DNA of 64,000 bases from Chloroflexota bacterium (GCA_022561985.1 JADFQE010000002.1:697-64696), one strand, 5' to 3'. Positions 27,553 through 37,345 are shown, counted from the first letter of the stretch. The notes: generated from the sequence alone by a model not told the origin. Translations and numbers: made by a program.

Positions 27553-28746
27553 TTACTCGTTCCCGGTGTGCTCGTCTTCGAAGTGGGCGTGGGCCGCCTC
27601 GGCGCCCGCCTCCCCCTCGCACCACGGGACCATGTTCTTCATGTGACAGACGAGGCCCCGCTTCTTGAGCTCCTCCTCGAAGATGCGGTGGATCTCCGGG
27701 TTCTCGTCCTCGTACTCGGTCTGGTGGCCGCCGGCCTTGGCGCTGACCTCGCCGCCGCGCAGCACCGTGGACTCGCTGGCCTGCCACCGGTCCCGTGCGT
27801 ACTTGCGGGAGATGCCCTGGCCCAGGACCAGGTACGTGGCTGGCGTCTCGCCCACGTTGAAGTGCTGGTGGAGCCACAGGCCTGCGCCCGCGCCCGAGAG
27901 GTACAGGCTGCCCTCCTGCCAGTCGCAGCGGATCCGCTCCTCCTCCTCCCGCTGGGTCAGCACGTAGCCGACGCCCTCGGTGATGTAGAGGTGCGCGCCG
28001 GGGCCGTGGCGGTGGGCCTTCTTGTAGTGGCCGGGCTCGAACCGCGACATGTGGGACTCGGCCATGCCGCTGCCCATGATCATGAAGGCGTTGGTGCCGC
28101 CGCCGCCGCGGCTCTTCCACTCGTACAGCGGCAGCTTCTTCACGTCCGGGATGAAGTTGGTCTCCCACACCCGGCCGCGCCAGAGCGTCGCCTCGGCGTT
28201 GAAGTAGTCGGGCGCGCCGGTGAAGCGGTCCTTGAACTCGTAGTTGTTCTCGAAGACGAAGTCCTCGCTGAGCCAGTTCCGCATGAGCGCGGGGAGGTCG
28301 GTGACCGCGAACCACCGCGCGGGCTGCGACATGCTGGCGTTGAAGAACTGGTGGGAGGCGTTCGTCGGCAGCACGAAGTAGCTGTGCGGGCCCCACTCGA
28401 AGGTCTGCTTCTCGCCGCCCTCGTGCCACACCGAGGTCGAGCCGTGCCCCGAGAGGACATAGATCGTCTCGGTGTACATGTGCCGCATCGGTGCGGTCGA
28501 GCCCCCCGGCGGCAGCTCGACGATGTGCTCGTCCTGGTCGTCGTCGCCGTCGAGATAGATGAGGGCGCCCTTGACGCCGTCGCCCTTGCGCGGCCAGAGG
28601 TCGACCTCGACGTCGAACATGCTCTTGATGTAGATGCCCCCGACCTTGGGGACGTCCTCGCGGTCGCGCCAGTCGGTGTAGACGTCGAGGCGGACGAGTG
28701 CCGCCTGCTTCTCGGGGTCCGGATCCGTGGGTCTTGCCGTAACCAT
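27553..28746 (-). CDS. Bicupin protein, paralog P2
   Basis: 397 aa from MVTARPTD.., with RBS GAGGGAGGGG. The C-terminal barrel has KKAHRHGPGAH...LWLHQHFN. The tail has EYEDENPEIHRIFEEELKKRG. Confidence 0.8.
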   Translation of the reverse strand: MVTARPTDPDPEKQAALVRLDVYTDWRDREDVPKVGGIYIKSMFDVEVDLWPRKGDGVKGALIYLDGDDDQDEHIVELPPGGSTAPMRHMYTETIYVLSGHGSTSVWHEGGEKQTFEWGPHSYFVLPTNASHQFFNASMSQPARWFAVTDLPALMRNWLSEDFVFENNYEFKDRFTGAPDYFNAEATLWRGRVWETNFIPDVKKLPLYEWKSRGGGGTNAFMIMGSGMAESHMSRFEPGHYKKAHRHGPGAHLYITEGVGYVLTQREEEERIRCDWQEGSLYLSGAGAGLWLHQHFNVGETPATYLVLGQGISRKYARDRWQASESTVLRGGEVSAKAGGHQTEYEDENPEIHRIFEEELKKRGLVCHMKNMVPWCEGEAGAEAAHAHFEDEHTGNE

Positions 28747-28818
28747 GCACCCCTCCCTCAAGGACCGGTTCAGCCGGCGATCCGGTGCGTCGGAGCACAC
28801 CGTTCCCGCAGCTTATCA

Positions 28819-28850
28819 CCTCACGCGCACGCCCGGGCGTGCGCGTGAGG
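28819..28850. promoter_or_regulatory. Perfect 32-bp palindrome (CCTCACGCGCACGCCC|GGGCGTGCGCGTGAGG)
   Basis: It lies in the 337-bp gap between the amidohydrolase stop (29084) and the bicupin P2 start (28746). It could be a hairpin terminator/attenuator or a dimeric-regulator operator. Confidence 0.4.
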
Positions 28851-29083
28851 GCAGGCCACCAGGCGCGGCCCTGTCAAGGCGGACCGTGGATGGACTACAC
28901 TCCGGCGGCAGCGGAGCGGAGCCTCGGGAGGGCGCTCACGATGGCGGATGAGACGCCGCGGTGGTCATCCTGACGCCCCACGCGATGGCGGCGACCGAGA
29001 CCGGGTGCGCAGGGCGGCGAGATGCCCGCCTCCGCGCTGAACCCGAACGTCCTGCCGAGATGGCGCGGGCGCCGAAGCCCGCT

Positions 29084-30256
29084 CTAGGTCCCGCGCAGAG
29101 CGTCCGCGAGGGCCATCGCTGGCGCAACATGGTCCGTGTTCCACCGCTCCAACCCCTGGTGCTCGCCGGGTGGGTCCGCGGCCGGTGGCAGGACGCCGCC
29201 GTTGTAGAGCCGGGCGGCGTTGGTGCACGTGACGGCCACGCGGGCCTCCACGGTGAGGTGGCCCAGGTCCTGCTGGATGATGGCGTCCGATATAGGCCAC
29301 GTGCAGGCGGGGTGCGGGTAGTCGTTGGACCACATGAAGGTGTCCTGGCCGTAGCGCTCCGCCATGTGCCCGCCGACGCGGTCGCTGATGAAAGTGGCCC
29401 ACACCTGCTTGCGCTCGAAGATGTACTCGCTCGGCGGCCGCGGGATCGCCGAGCGCCCGGCCTCGTTGCGGGAGAAGAAGTAGTAGTCGTACTCCTGGGC
29501 GAAAAACGGCAGCCAGCCCATCCCTGCTTCGGCGATGACGATGTTGAGGCCGGGGTGACGCTCCAGCACGCCGGACCCGATGATGTGACCCAGGGCCTGC
29601 ATGCAGTCGAGCTTCGAGACCTGCGGCGGCAGCAGCTTGGAGCGGTTCCCGCGCTCGTTGCCGCGGAGTGCGTTCGGGCCGGTGTTGATGTGCAGGTTCA
29701 CGGGCACACCGAGGGATTCGGCCATCGCCCACAGCGGCTCGTAGTGCAACGAGCTGAAGGGGAGCTCGTCCGGGGGGCCGATCCAGATGTCGGCGCCACG
29801 GAGCCCGGCCTTGACGCATCGCTCGAGCTCGGCGGCACCGTGGGCGCCGTTCCACATCGAGATCATGGCGAGCCCCCACAACCGCTGCGGAGCGACGGCG
29901 CAGAACTCGATCATCCAGTCGTTGTAGACGCGGATGTGGGCCTCCTCCAGCGCCGGGTCGCCCAGGAGCCAGGCCTGCTTGGCGTAGGTCGGGAACAGCA
30001 CGTCGGCGCTGACGCCGTCGAGGGCGAAGTCGCGCAGCCGCTCGTGGGGGTCCCAGCCGCCCGCGCGCAGGTGGTGGTTCGTCTCGTAGAGCACGTTCTT
30101 CGGGAAGCGCATCGCGCGGTCGCGCAGCCCCGCCGGGAGGCGCGTCTCCCACAGATCGGGCGGCTCCGCCATGTGCGAGTCCGCGGAGATACGCTGCTCT
30201 CCGGCGACGGCGGCTCCGCCGGCGCTCGGGTCGATGGCGGGTCGTGGGTCGGGCAT
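29084..30256 (-). CDS. Amidohydrolase-2 family protein, subtype B
   Basis: 390 aa. It has ..RISADSHMAEPPDLWETRLP.. and ..WSNDYPHPACTWP.. Confidence 0.8.
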   Translation of the reverse strand: MPDPRPAIDPSAGGAAVAGEQRISADSHMAEPPDLWETRLPAGLRDRAMRFPKNVLYETNHHLRAGGWDPHERLRDFALDGVSADVLFPTYAKQAWLLGDPALEEAHIRVYNDWMIEFCAVAPQRLWGLAMISMWNGAHGAAELERCVKAGLRGADIWIGPPDELPFSSLHYEPLWAMAESLGVPVNLHINTGPNALRGNERGNRSKLLPPQVSKLDCMQALGHIIGSGVLERHPGLNIVIAEAGMGWLPFFAQEYDYYFFSRNEAGRSAIPRPPSEYIFERKQVWATFISDRVGGHMAERYGQDTFMWSNDYPHPACTWPISDAIIQQDLGHLTVEARVAVTCTNAARLYNGGVLPPAADPPGEHQGLERWNTDHVAPAMALADALRGT

Positions 30257-30416
30257 GGTGGGCCTCCTCGGGGCGGCCGGCGCTCATGTCGGTGCGCGAA
30301 GCCAGCCAGCGGGTACGCTACGCGCGGGCCCACCGCTCGTCAATCGGCGTCCTCTTTGATCTCCAGCCCTGATAGTGTTGCAGCGGCACATGGACGTGAG
30401 GGAAGGGGACACGCAA

Positions 30417-31544
30417 ATGGCAGAGCTGCCGTACATCTCGTCGGACTCCCACATGAGCGAGCCGCTGGATCTCTGGACGGAGCGCATGGACACGAAGCTC
30501 CGCGACCGCGCGCCGCACATGGAGCCGGTCTACGACGGCGTGGAGGGCGCGTGGTGGGTCTACGAGGGCTACCCGGCGCACGACCTCGCCGTCGGGATCG
30601 CCGGCGGCAAGACCCGCACCGAGGAGGAGAAGGTCGAGTTCATGAAATCGGGCGGCTACGGCGACGCCAGGCCCGGCGGATGGGACCCGGCCGCGCGGTT
30701 AGAGGACATGGCCGTCGACGGCGTCGCCGGCGAGGTGCTCTACACGACCCTCGGGTTCCGCCTCTTCTGGCTGAAGGACCCGGGCCTCCAGCGCGAGTGC
30801 TTCCGCGTGTACAACGACTGGCTCGCCGAGTACTGCCGCTACGCCCCTGACCGCCTCAAAGGGCTCGCGCTGATCTCGCTCTACGACCCGGGCTTGGGCG
30901 CCAAGGAGCTGGAGCGGTGCGCCCGCATGGGCCTCAGCGGCGCCATGATCTGGGTCACCCCGCCCGAGGAGCAGCCCTACCACCTGGACCTCTACGACGT
31001 CTTCTGGGCGAAGGCCCAGGAGCTGGGCATGATCCTGAGCCTCCACCCGCCGACGGGCATGGAGCGCCCGAAGTACGAGTTCGGCCGCGAGAACAGGGCG
31101 CTGCGCTCGACCATCGCACCGCACGAGATCCAGAAGGCGCTCACGATCTTCATCGCGTCGGGGATCCTGGAGCGGTTCCCGGAGCTGCAGGTGATCTCCG
31201 CCGAGTACGGGGTCGGCTGGGTGCCGCACTGGCTCGGGCGCCTGCGCGGAGCCGTCGGCACCGGGCCGAGTCGACGCGGCGGCTTCGCCACCAAGCTCAC
31301 CATGCCGCCGGCCGACTACTTCGCGCGCCAGGTCCACGTCACGTACATCGACGACCCCGTCGGCATCAAGTACCGGGACGACATCGGGGTGGACCGCATC
31401 ATGTGGTCGAACGACTACCCGCACGCCGCCTCGACCTGGCCGGAATCGGGCCCGCTCATCGAGCGCGACTTCGCCGGGAGCCCGCAGGACAAGCGCAAGA
31501 TCGTCTGGGACAACGTGTCCAAGCTCTACGGCTTCGACCTCTAA
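30417..31544 (+). CDS. Amidohydrolase-2 family protein, subtype B (divergent from 29084..30256)
   Basis: It starts MAELPYISSDSHMSEPLDLWTERM.. and has ..WSNDYPHAASTWP.. The ORF limit is 30375. Confidence 0.8.
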   Translation: MAELPYISSDSHMSEPLDLWTERMDTKLRDRAPHMEPVYDGVEGAWWVYEGYPAHDLAVGIAGGKTRTEEEKVEFMKSGGYGDARPGGWDPAARLEDMAVDGVAGEVLYTTLGFRLFWLKDPGLQRECFRVYNDWLAEYCRYAPDRLKGLALISLYDPGLGAKELERCARMGLSGAMIWVTPPEEQPYHLDLYDVFWAKAQELGMILSLHPPTGMERPKYEFGRENRALRSTIAPHEIQKALTIFIASGILERFPELQVISAEYGVGWVPHWLGRLRGAVGTGPSRRGGFATKLTMPPADYFARQVHVTYIDDPVGIKYRDDIGVDRIMWSNDYPHAASTWPESGPLIERDFAGSPQDKRKIVWDNVSKLYGFDL

Positions 31545-31566
31545 GTCCTCAGGGCCGGGCGGAGCC

Positions 31567-32424
31567 TCAGGGGAGCGGCCACGCGGCGGAGGTCACCTCC
31601 CACCAGTTGCGGTCCATGTCGGCGAAGATGAACGAGGCGTCGTCCTTGCCCCGGGCTTCGAGGTCCCAGACCTCGGTGACGCCCAGCTCCTTGCCGCGCG
31701 CCGAGAAGGTCCCGTGCGCCTCCTGCACCTCCTCGGACGAAGCGACCTTGAGCGTGTAGCGGTTCACCGGCGCGAGGTAGCTCCGCTCCTCCGCCGGCAG
31801 CACCACGACGTACCAGGGCGTGTCGGCGTGGGCGATGTAGGTGGAGTAGTGCCCGCCACCGACGATCGAGAGGCCCAAGACCTCCGTGTAGAAGCGGTTG
31901 CTCGCCTCCTTGTCGCTCGTCTGCAGCGTGCCGTGGCTGAGTGCCTGGGGCACGTAGCCGCGGCCTGGGAAGCGCTCGGCCGGGAGCTGCTCCCCCCAGT
32001 GTCCGGCGGCGACCCTGCGGCCGTGTCCCGCCGCCTTGGGGTTGTAGTACTCGAGCTCGAGGGTATTGCCGCCCGGCTCGTCCAGGTAGATCGAGTAGGC
32101 GAAGTGGCTGGCGCTGGGCTCCTTGAGCCCCGTGATGCCGTAGTCGTCCTGGCGCTCGTGGATGTACGCCCACGCGGCCTCGATCTCCTTGTGGTCCGCC
32201 ACGCGGAAGCCGTAGTGGTTGCCGCGGGGCTTGGTCGGCGCGTCGGGGCCGCCCTCGTGGATGACGAGCAGCCAGCCTGTGTTCGGGTGCTTGACCACGG
32301 CCGTGCCGTCGCGGCGGTCGACCACCTCGGCGGCGAGCAGGTCCGAGAAGATAGGCAGCGTCTCGTCCAACGAGCGGCATTCGTAGTGGCCGTGCACGAG
32401 ACCATCGAGCTTGAGTATCGCCAT
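31567..32424 (-). CDS. Two-domain VOC (glyoxalase/bleomycin resistance/extradiol dioxygenase) family protein
   Basis: 285 aa from MAILKLDGLVHGHYE.., with RBS GGAGGTGG. It has two tandem beta-alpha-beta-beta-beta modules (..GNHYGFRV.., ..LELEYYN..). Confidence 0.7.
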   Translation of the reverse strand: MAILKLDGLVHGHYECRSLDETLPIFSDLLAAEVVDRRDGTAVVKHPNTGWLLVIHEGGPDAPTKPRGNHYGFRVADHKEIEAAWAYIHERQDDYGITGLKEPSASHFAYSIYLDEPGGNTLELEYYNPKAAGHGRRVAAGHWGEQLPAERFPGRGYVPQALSHGTLQTSDKEASNRFYTEVLGLSIVGGGHYSTYIAHADTPWYVVVLPAEERSYLAPVNRYTLKVASSEEVQEAHGTFSARGKELGVTEVWDLEARGKDDASFIFADMDRNWWEVTSAAWPLP

Positions 32425-32599
32425 CGGTCCACCTCCCGGCGGCACCTCCCGCCCACGAGTGGGCACATGGTACGGCGAGCGGCCACGAACGCAACCTCAC
32501 CGCCTGCCCGCGTGCGGGGGCGCTCCCTTGACCGGCCCGCGCCTGCTGGGCAAACTGCACCGGCACCCATCAGTCCCGGAGCACGAAGGAGGCACAGAG

Positions 32600-33046
32600 A
32601 TGAGCTTGGACGTCCGCCGCGTGGTGACCGCGAATGACGAGAACGGCAAGGCGACGGTGTGGATCGACGACGTGGCGTCGAACTTCCGGATCAACCGGCC
32701 GCTGGTCTCCTCGGTGCTGCTCTGGTCCACCGACGGCACCCCGCCCGACGTGAGCGGAGACGAGGACCTCGGCGCGCGAGCGCTCGGGCGGCCACCGGCG
32801 CACCGGGGCTCGATCTTCCGGATCGTGGAGTTCGAGCCGGGCAACGCGGCCGACATGCACGTGACGCCAACGCTTGACTACGCGGTCGTCATGTCCGGCG
32901 AGATCGACATGGAGCTTGAGGACGGCGCCGAGGTGCACCTGGTGGCGGGGGATGTGCTCGTGCAGCGGGCAACCCTGCACAACTGGGTCAACCGGGGGAC
33001 CGAGCCGTGCCGGATCGCATTCATCCTGATCGACGCCTCGCCCTAG
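32600..33046 (+). CDS. Cupin domain protein (single barrel)
   Basis: 148 aa from MSLDVRRVV.., with RBS GAAGGAGG. It contains ..MHVTPTLDYAVVMSGEIDMELEDG..GDVLVQRATLHNW.. Confidence 0.7.
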   Translation: MSLDVRRVVTANDENGKATVWIDDVASNFRINRPLVSSVLLWSTDGTPPDVSGDEDLGARALGRPPAHRGSIFRIVEFEPGNAADMHVTPTLDYAVVMSGEIDMELEDGAEVHLVAGDVLVQRATLHNWVNRGTEPCRIAFILIDASP

Positions 33047-33120
33047 TGCCCGGAGGCGGGTTCGCGTTATAGTACGCGGGACGTCCGGTCCATCGGAGCC
33101 TTCTCGAAAAGGAGCGCATC

Positions 33121-33519
33121 ATGCCCATAGAGATCTACGACACCCGGAAATTCGCCCACGAAGCCAAGCGGCGCAAGAACGTCTTCGACACGAGCCGGTT
33201 CCACGCGTGGATCCACTACTACAAGGTGGATCAGCAGGACGAGATGCACTGCCACAACCAGGACCAGACCTTCCAGATCGTCGAGGGCGAGTGCACCATG
33301 AGCTTCCCCGACGGCGGCAAGGCCGTCCTCGGCCCCGGGTCGCTCGCGACCATCACGGGCGGCTCCTTCTACCAGCTCCACAACACCGGCGGGAAGCCGC
33401 TGGTCATGATCGGCACCCGCTCGGGCTCGGTCAAAGACACCGTCAAGGTCGAGCACGGCACCGGCCGGATCATCGACTACGCGGCCGAGCGAGAGGCAGC
33501 GGGCCAGCCGAGCGCATAG
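33121..33519 (+). CDS. Cupin-2 domain protein (single barrel)
   Basis: 132 aa with RBS AAAGGAG. It contains ..DEMHCHNQDQTFQIVEGECTM..GGSFYQLHNTG.. Confidence 0.7.
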   Translation: MPIEIYDTRKFAHEAKRRKNVFDTSRFHAWIHYYKVDQQDEMHCHNQDQTFQIVEGECTMSFPDGGKAVLGPGSLATITGGSFYQLHNTGGKPLVMIGTRSGSVKDTVKVEHGTGRIIDYAAEREAAGQPSA

Positions 33520-33652
33520 CCGGCTCCGGTCCAGGCGCTCCGGCGCCCACTCGCTCCACATGACAGTGGGCTAGGCTTGTCATCCTGACGGCGCTGGGCG
33601 TGGACCGCCCAGCGCCGTCTCATGTACGACACCGCAAGCAGTGGAGGCAGCC

Positions 33653-35437
33653 ATGCAGCGCCAAGCCAAGCCCGTATCCTCGCCGCTGGCGCCCGCGCGC
33701 GCCTCGGCCGCCGTCTACGGCTCCGACCTGATGGTCGAGATGCTCCGCGAGCTCGGCATCGAGTACATCGCGCTCAACCCCGGAGCCAGCTACCGCGGAC
33801 TGCACGACTCCCTGGTCAACTTCCCCGGCGGCGGCCCGGAGATCATCCTGTGCCCCCACGAGGAGATCGCCGTGGCCATCGCCAACGGCTACGCACGGGT
33901 GACCGGCAAGCCCATGGCCACCGGCCTCCACGACGTCGTCGGCCTGCAGCACGCCGCCATGGCCATGTTCATCTCCTGGTGCAGCCGCACGCCGGTCCTG
34001 AACCTGGGCGGCGGCGGCCCGCAGGACGCGACCAACCGGCGCTCCACCGACTGGATCCACACCGCCCTCGTCCAGGGCAACCTCGTGCGCGAGTTCGTGA
34101 AGTACGACGACCAGCCGGCGAGCATCGACGCGGTCCCGGAGTCGTTTCTGCGCGCCTACCGCATCGCGACCACCGAGCCCATGGGCCCGGTGTACATCTG
34201 TCTCGATTCCGACGTGCAGGAGGCGCCCATCGAGAAGCCCATGACCGTCCCCGACGCCTCTTTGTACCGTGCACCGGCGCCGCCGCGGCCCAACCTGGAC
34301 GCGCTGAACGAGGCCGCCGCGCTCCTCGTGGGCGCCGCCTGGCCCGTGATCCTCTCGGGCGAGATCGGGCGCAGCGCCGAGACGCGCGCCGCCCTCGCGC
34401 AGCTCGCCGAGCTCCTGGGGGCGCCCGTGATCGCCGCCGAAGGCGTCGGCCTGCCGACCGCGCACCCCCTCGAAGTCACGCCGCTGCGCGAGGACGTCCT
34501 GGCGCGCGCGGACGTCATCCTGGGCCTCGACGTGCCGAGCCTTGGCGTGCCGCTCGGGCCCGTCGTCCGCGAGCGGGGGGAGTTCCACCTGATCGTCTCG
34601 CCGGAGACCAAGGTCATCAACGTCACGATGGCGGACCAGCAGAAGCAGAGCTGGGTGACCGAGGGCATGTGGGTCACGCCGGTCGCGGTGCCCATCGCGG
34701 CCACCGCCGAGCAGACGCTCCCGGAGCTGCTCGCGGCGTGCAGCGCGCTCGCCGCCGGCGACCCCGGCCACGGCCGCAAGGCGCAGGAGCGGCGCGACGA
34801 GATCGGCCGCATGCACGCGGGCGCCGCCGAGCGCTCCGCCGAGCGCACGCGAGAGCTGTGGGACGCGAAGCCCATCGCCTCCGGCCGCCTCTACGGCGAG
34901 CTCGTCAAGAGCCTCGCGGGCCGGCCCTGGGCCATGGTCCAGGGCCACAACCGCCGCTGGGGCGAGATGGACGTGAGCGAGCCCGACCACGCCATCGGCG
35001 CCGGGCGCGGCGGCGGCGTGGGCACGGGACTGCCGTCCTCGATCGGCTCCGCGCTGGCGCTCAAGGGCTCCGGGCGCCTGTGCGTCACCGTCCTGGGGGA
35101 CGGCGACTTCTTCATGACCTCGAACGCGCTGTGGACGGCCGCGAAGTACGACATACCCCTGCTGGTCCTCATCTACAACAACCACTCGTACTACAACGAC
35201 GAGGAGCACCAGGAGCGCATCGCCGTGCGCCGCGAGCGGCCCGTCGAGAACAAGGGCGTCGGCATCCGCATCGAGGACCCCGCACCGGACTTCGCGGGCC
35301 TCGCGCGCTCCCTCGGCGTCGCGGGCTTCGGGCCGGTCTCCGACCCCGCGCAGCTCGGCGACGTGCTGGACGAGGCGCTCACCGTCGTCGCCGGCGGCAA
35401 GCCGGCCGTCGTGGACATCGAGACGCAGGTGCGCTGA
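33653..35437 (+). CDS. Thiamine diphosphate-dependent enzyme (acetolactate synthase / benzoylformate decarboxylase family)
   Basis: It has three-domain TPP architecture, with ..YIALNPGASYRGLHDS.. at the N-terminus and the TPP-binding GDGDFFMTSNALWTAAKY...NN motif. GGAGG lies 5 nt upstream of the ATG at 33653. The ORF limit is 33641. Confidence 0.8.
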   Translation: MQRQAKPVSSPLAPARASAAVYGSDLMVEMLRELGIEYIALNPGASYRGLHDSLVNFPGGGPEIILCPHEEIAVAIANGYARVTGKPMATGLHDVVGLQHAAMAMFISWCSRTPVLNLGGGGPQDATNRRSTDWIHTALVQGNLVREFVKYDDQPASIDAVPESFLRAYRIATTEPMGPVYICLDSDVQEAPIEKPMTVPDASLYRAPAPPRPNLDALNEAAALLVGAAWPVILSGEIGRSAETRAALAQLAELLGAPVIAAEGVGLPTAHPLEVTPLREDVLARADVILGLDVPSLGVPLGPVVRERGEFHLIVSPETKVINVTMADQQKQSWVTEGMWVTPVAVPIAATAEQTLPELLAACSALAAGDPGHGRKAQERRDEIGRMHAGAAERSAERTRELWDAKPIASGRLYGELVKSLAGRPWAMVQGHNRRWGEMDVSEPDHAIGAGRGGGVGTGLPSSIGSALALKGSGRLCVTVLGDGDFFMTSNALWTAAKYDIPLLVLIYNNHSYYNDEEHQERIAVRRERPVENKGVGIRIEDPAPDFAGLARSLGVAGFGPVSDPAQLGDVLDEALTVVAGGKPAVVDIETQVR

Positions 35438-35455
35438 AGGTCCAGTCGCTTCGGG

Positions 35456-36403
35456 CTACTCCAGGTCGTGGGTCCCGGCGGCGAACAGTCCGTCGATATC
35501 GAGCGCGCTCGGTATGATCTTCTGGTCGACGTCCATCGCCACCATGCCTTCCATGGCCGTGCGGTTCCGCGCCAGGCCGAAGGGCAGCGGGTCGCCCCCC
35601 ACGATCCCCCGGTTGCGGATCGATTGACGGTCGCGGCCGTTCGGCGACCCGATGCCATCGAGCCCCGCGACGTAGCGGTCCTTGGATGCCGCGAAGGCGC
35701 GGAACAATGCGCTGGCGACCCAGGGGTTGGCCTCCAGCACGGCGTTCTTCACCGTCATCAGGTGGCCGATGGGGTACACGCCCGTCCGCTCGTAGAACCC
35801 GAGGGCGGTGGCGTCGCGCTCCTCCGGGGTGAGCAGCGCGCGGATGTCCCCCTCGATCTTCGACCGGAGCTGTATCCCCGCGTCGATCTCGCCGGCCTCC
35901 AGCATCTCCTCCAGCGTGCGGCCGTCCGCTGCGCGCTCGACGTTCGGCGGCTCCTTGTACTGCGCAACGTGCGCGTCCTCGGTCACCACCCACCGCACGG
36001 CGTCGGTGTCCACGCCGAATTCCGAGCGCAGCAGCGCGCGGGCTTGTGTGTTGTTCGTGACGGTGTAGGAGCGCATCCCCACGCGCTTGCCTTCGAGGTC
36101 CTTCGGCCGCTCGATGCCGGAGCGCACGTTGGTGACGATCTCGCTCATGGTGAGGTCGCGGTTCGAGAAGACGGGCAGGGCGGTGATGGGGATCCCGAAG
36201 GAGCGGGCGCACAGGTATGTCGTGATGGCGACCTCGGCGACGTCGAATTCGAGGTCGCGCACCATGCGCCGGTAGATCATGGGCGGCGGATCAACCTCCA
36301 CCCGGTCGAGGGCGATGCCCTCGGGCGTGACGCTCCCGTCCTTGAGCGCGTCCCACTGGCCGTGGTTGAGGACGGCGATACTCAGTCGCAGCTCATCCGC
36401 CAT
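35456..36403 (-). CDS. 4,5-dihydroxyphthalate decarboxylase-like protein (periplasmic-binding-protein/NMT1 fold, no signal peptide)
   Basis: 315 aa. The N-terminus LRLSIAVLNHGQWDALKDGSVTPEGIALDRVEVDPPPMIYRRMVRDLEFDVAEVAITTY matches the pattern of PhtD-type decarboxylases. Confidence 0.6.
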   Translation of the reverse strand: MADELRLSIAVLNHGQWDALKDGSVTPEGIALDRVEVDPPPMIYRRMVRDLEFDVAEVAITTYLCARSFGIPITALPVFSNRDLTMSEIVTNVRSGIERPKDLEGKRVGMRSYTVTNNTQARALLRSEFGVDTDAVRWVVTEDAHVAQYKEPPNVERAADGRTLEEMLEAGEIDAGIQLRSKIEGDIRALLTPEERDATALGFYERTGVYPIGHLMTVKNAVLEANPWVASALFRAFAASKDRYVAGLDGIGSPNGRDRQSIRNRGIVGGDPLPFGLARNRTAMEGMVAMDVDQKIIPSALDIDGLFAAGTHDLE

Positions 36404-36453
36404 GCGTGTTCTCCCTACGTCGCCGGATCGGCCTACTTCGCCGGATCGGCCGC

Positions 36454-37251
36454 CTAACCGAACTGCCCGCCGAGCCCGATCGCGTCGGCGCGGAGGGCGC
36501 CGTGCTCGAGGATGGCGATGAGGCCGTCCCAGCCGCCCCCCTTGCGCTCTCCGCTCGATGGCTGGCGGTCGCGGCGGCGCAGCTCGGCCTTGTCCAGGTC
36601 GGAGATATCAGGCGCGCCGCCGCCGAGGTGGGCCAGCCAGTTGATGCGGGCCAGGCTTTCGAGGGTGAGGGCCCGCGACGTGACCTCCTCGACGCTCCGG
36701 CCGGTGACCACGATCCCGTGGCCGGGCATCAGCACCATGTTGTTGTTGGCGAAGAGGTCCAGGAACGGCGCTGTCTCCTCGGGGGTGTGCAGCGTGATGG
36801 ACCGGTCGAAGACCGGGGCCAGGTCGTAGAGTGCGATGCGCATCGCACTCGGCTCGAAGCCGCTGAAGATGGGCCGCAGCTTGACGCCGTTGAGCGTGCA
36901 CAGCAGCACGCCGGGGGGATGCGCGTGGATGATGGCGTTCACGTCGGGACGGTACCGGTAGAGGTCGGTGTGCAGGTAGATCTCGCCGATGCGCTCCACG
37001 TCGCCGTTGTCGCCGACGGGCTGAGCGTCGTCCACGCCCACCCGCATGACGCTGGAGGGCTCGGCGAAGCGCAGCCCCTTGTCCACGAGTGGACGTCCGC
37101 GGATCAGTATGTTGTCGGTCCCCGGCTCCCGCACGCTCACGTGTCCGGTCGAGCCCTTCACGAGGCCGTGCTGGGCAAGGATCTGACAGGAGAGGGCGAC
37201 CTTCTCCTTCAGCTCATCGACGGTCGGCTCTGCGGATGTCTTCTGCGTCAT
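36454..37251 (-). CDS. Class II aldolase/adducin family protein (second copy)
   Basis: 265 aa from MTQKTSAEPTVDELKEKVALSCQILAQHGLVKGSTGHVSVR.. It has ..IIHAHPPGV.. and ..LMPGHGIVVTG.. Confidence 0.8.
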   Translation of the reverse strand: MTQKTSAEPTVDELKEKVALSCQILAQHGLVKGSTGHVSVREPGTDNILIRGRPLVDKGLRFAEPSSVMRVGVDDAQPVGDNGDVERIGEIYLHTDLYRYRPDVNAIIHAHPPGVLLCTLNGVKLRPIFSGFEPSAMRIALYDLAPVFDRSITLHTPEETAPFLDLFANNNMVLMPGHGIVVTGRSVEEVTSRALTLESLARINWLAHLGGGAPDISDLDKAELRRRDRQPSSGERKGGGWDGLIAILEHGALRADAIGLGGQFG

Positions 37252-37297
37252 GCGTCTCGCTCCTGCGTTCGGATCGGGGGCTGCGGCCCCCGTGGGG

Positions 37298-37345
37298 CCC
37301 CAGGCAGCGCCCCAGGCAGCGCCTTGGACAGCGCCTTGGACAGCG
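37298..37345. repeat. Four tandem 12-bp units (CCCCAGGCAGCG x2, CCTTGGACAGCG x2) in a divergent promoter region
   Basis: Read directly from the sequence. The units sit between the aldolase start (37251, minus strand) and the amidohydrolase start (37448, plus strand). Confidence 0.7.
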
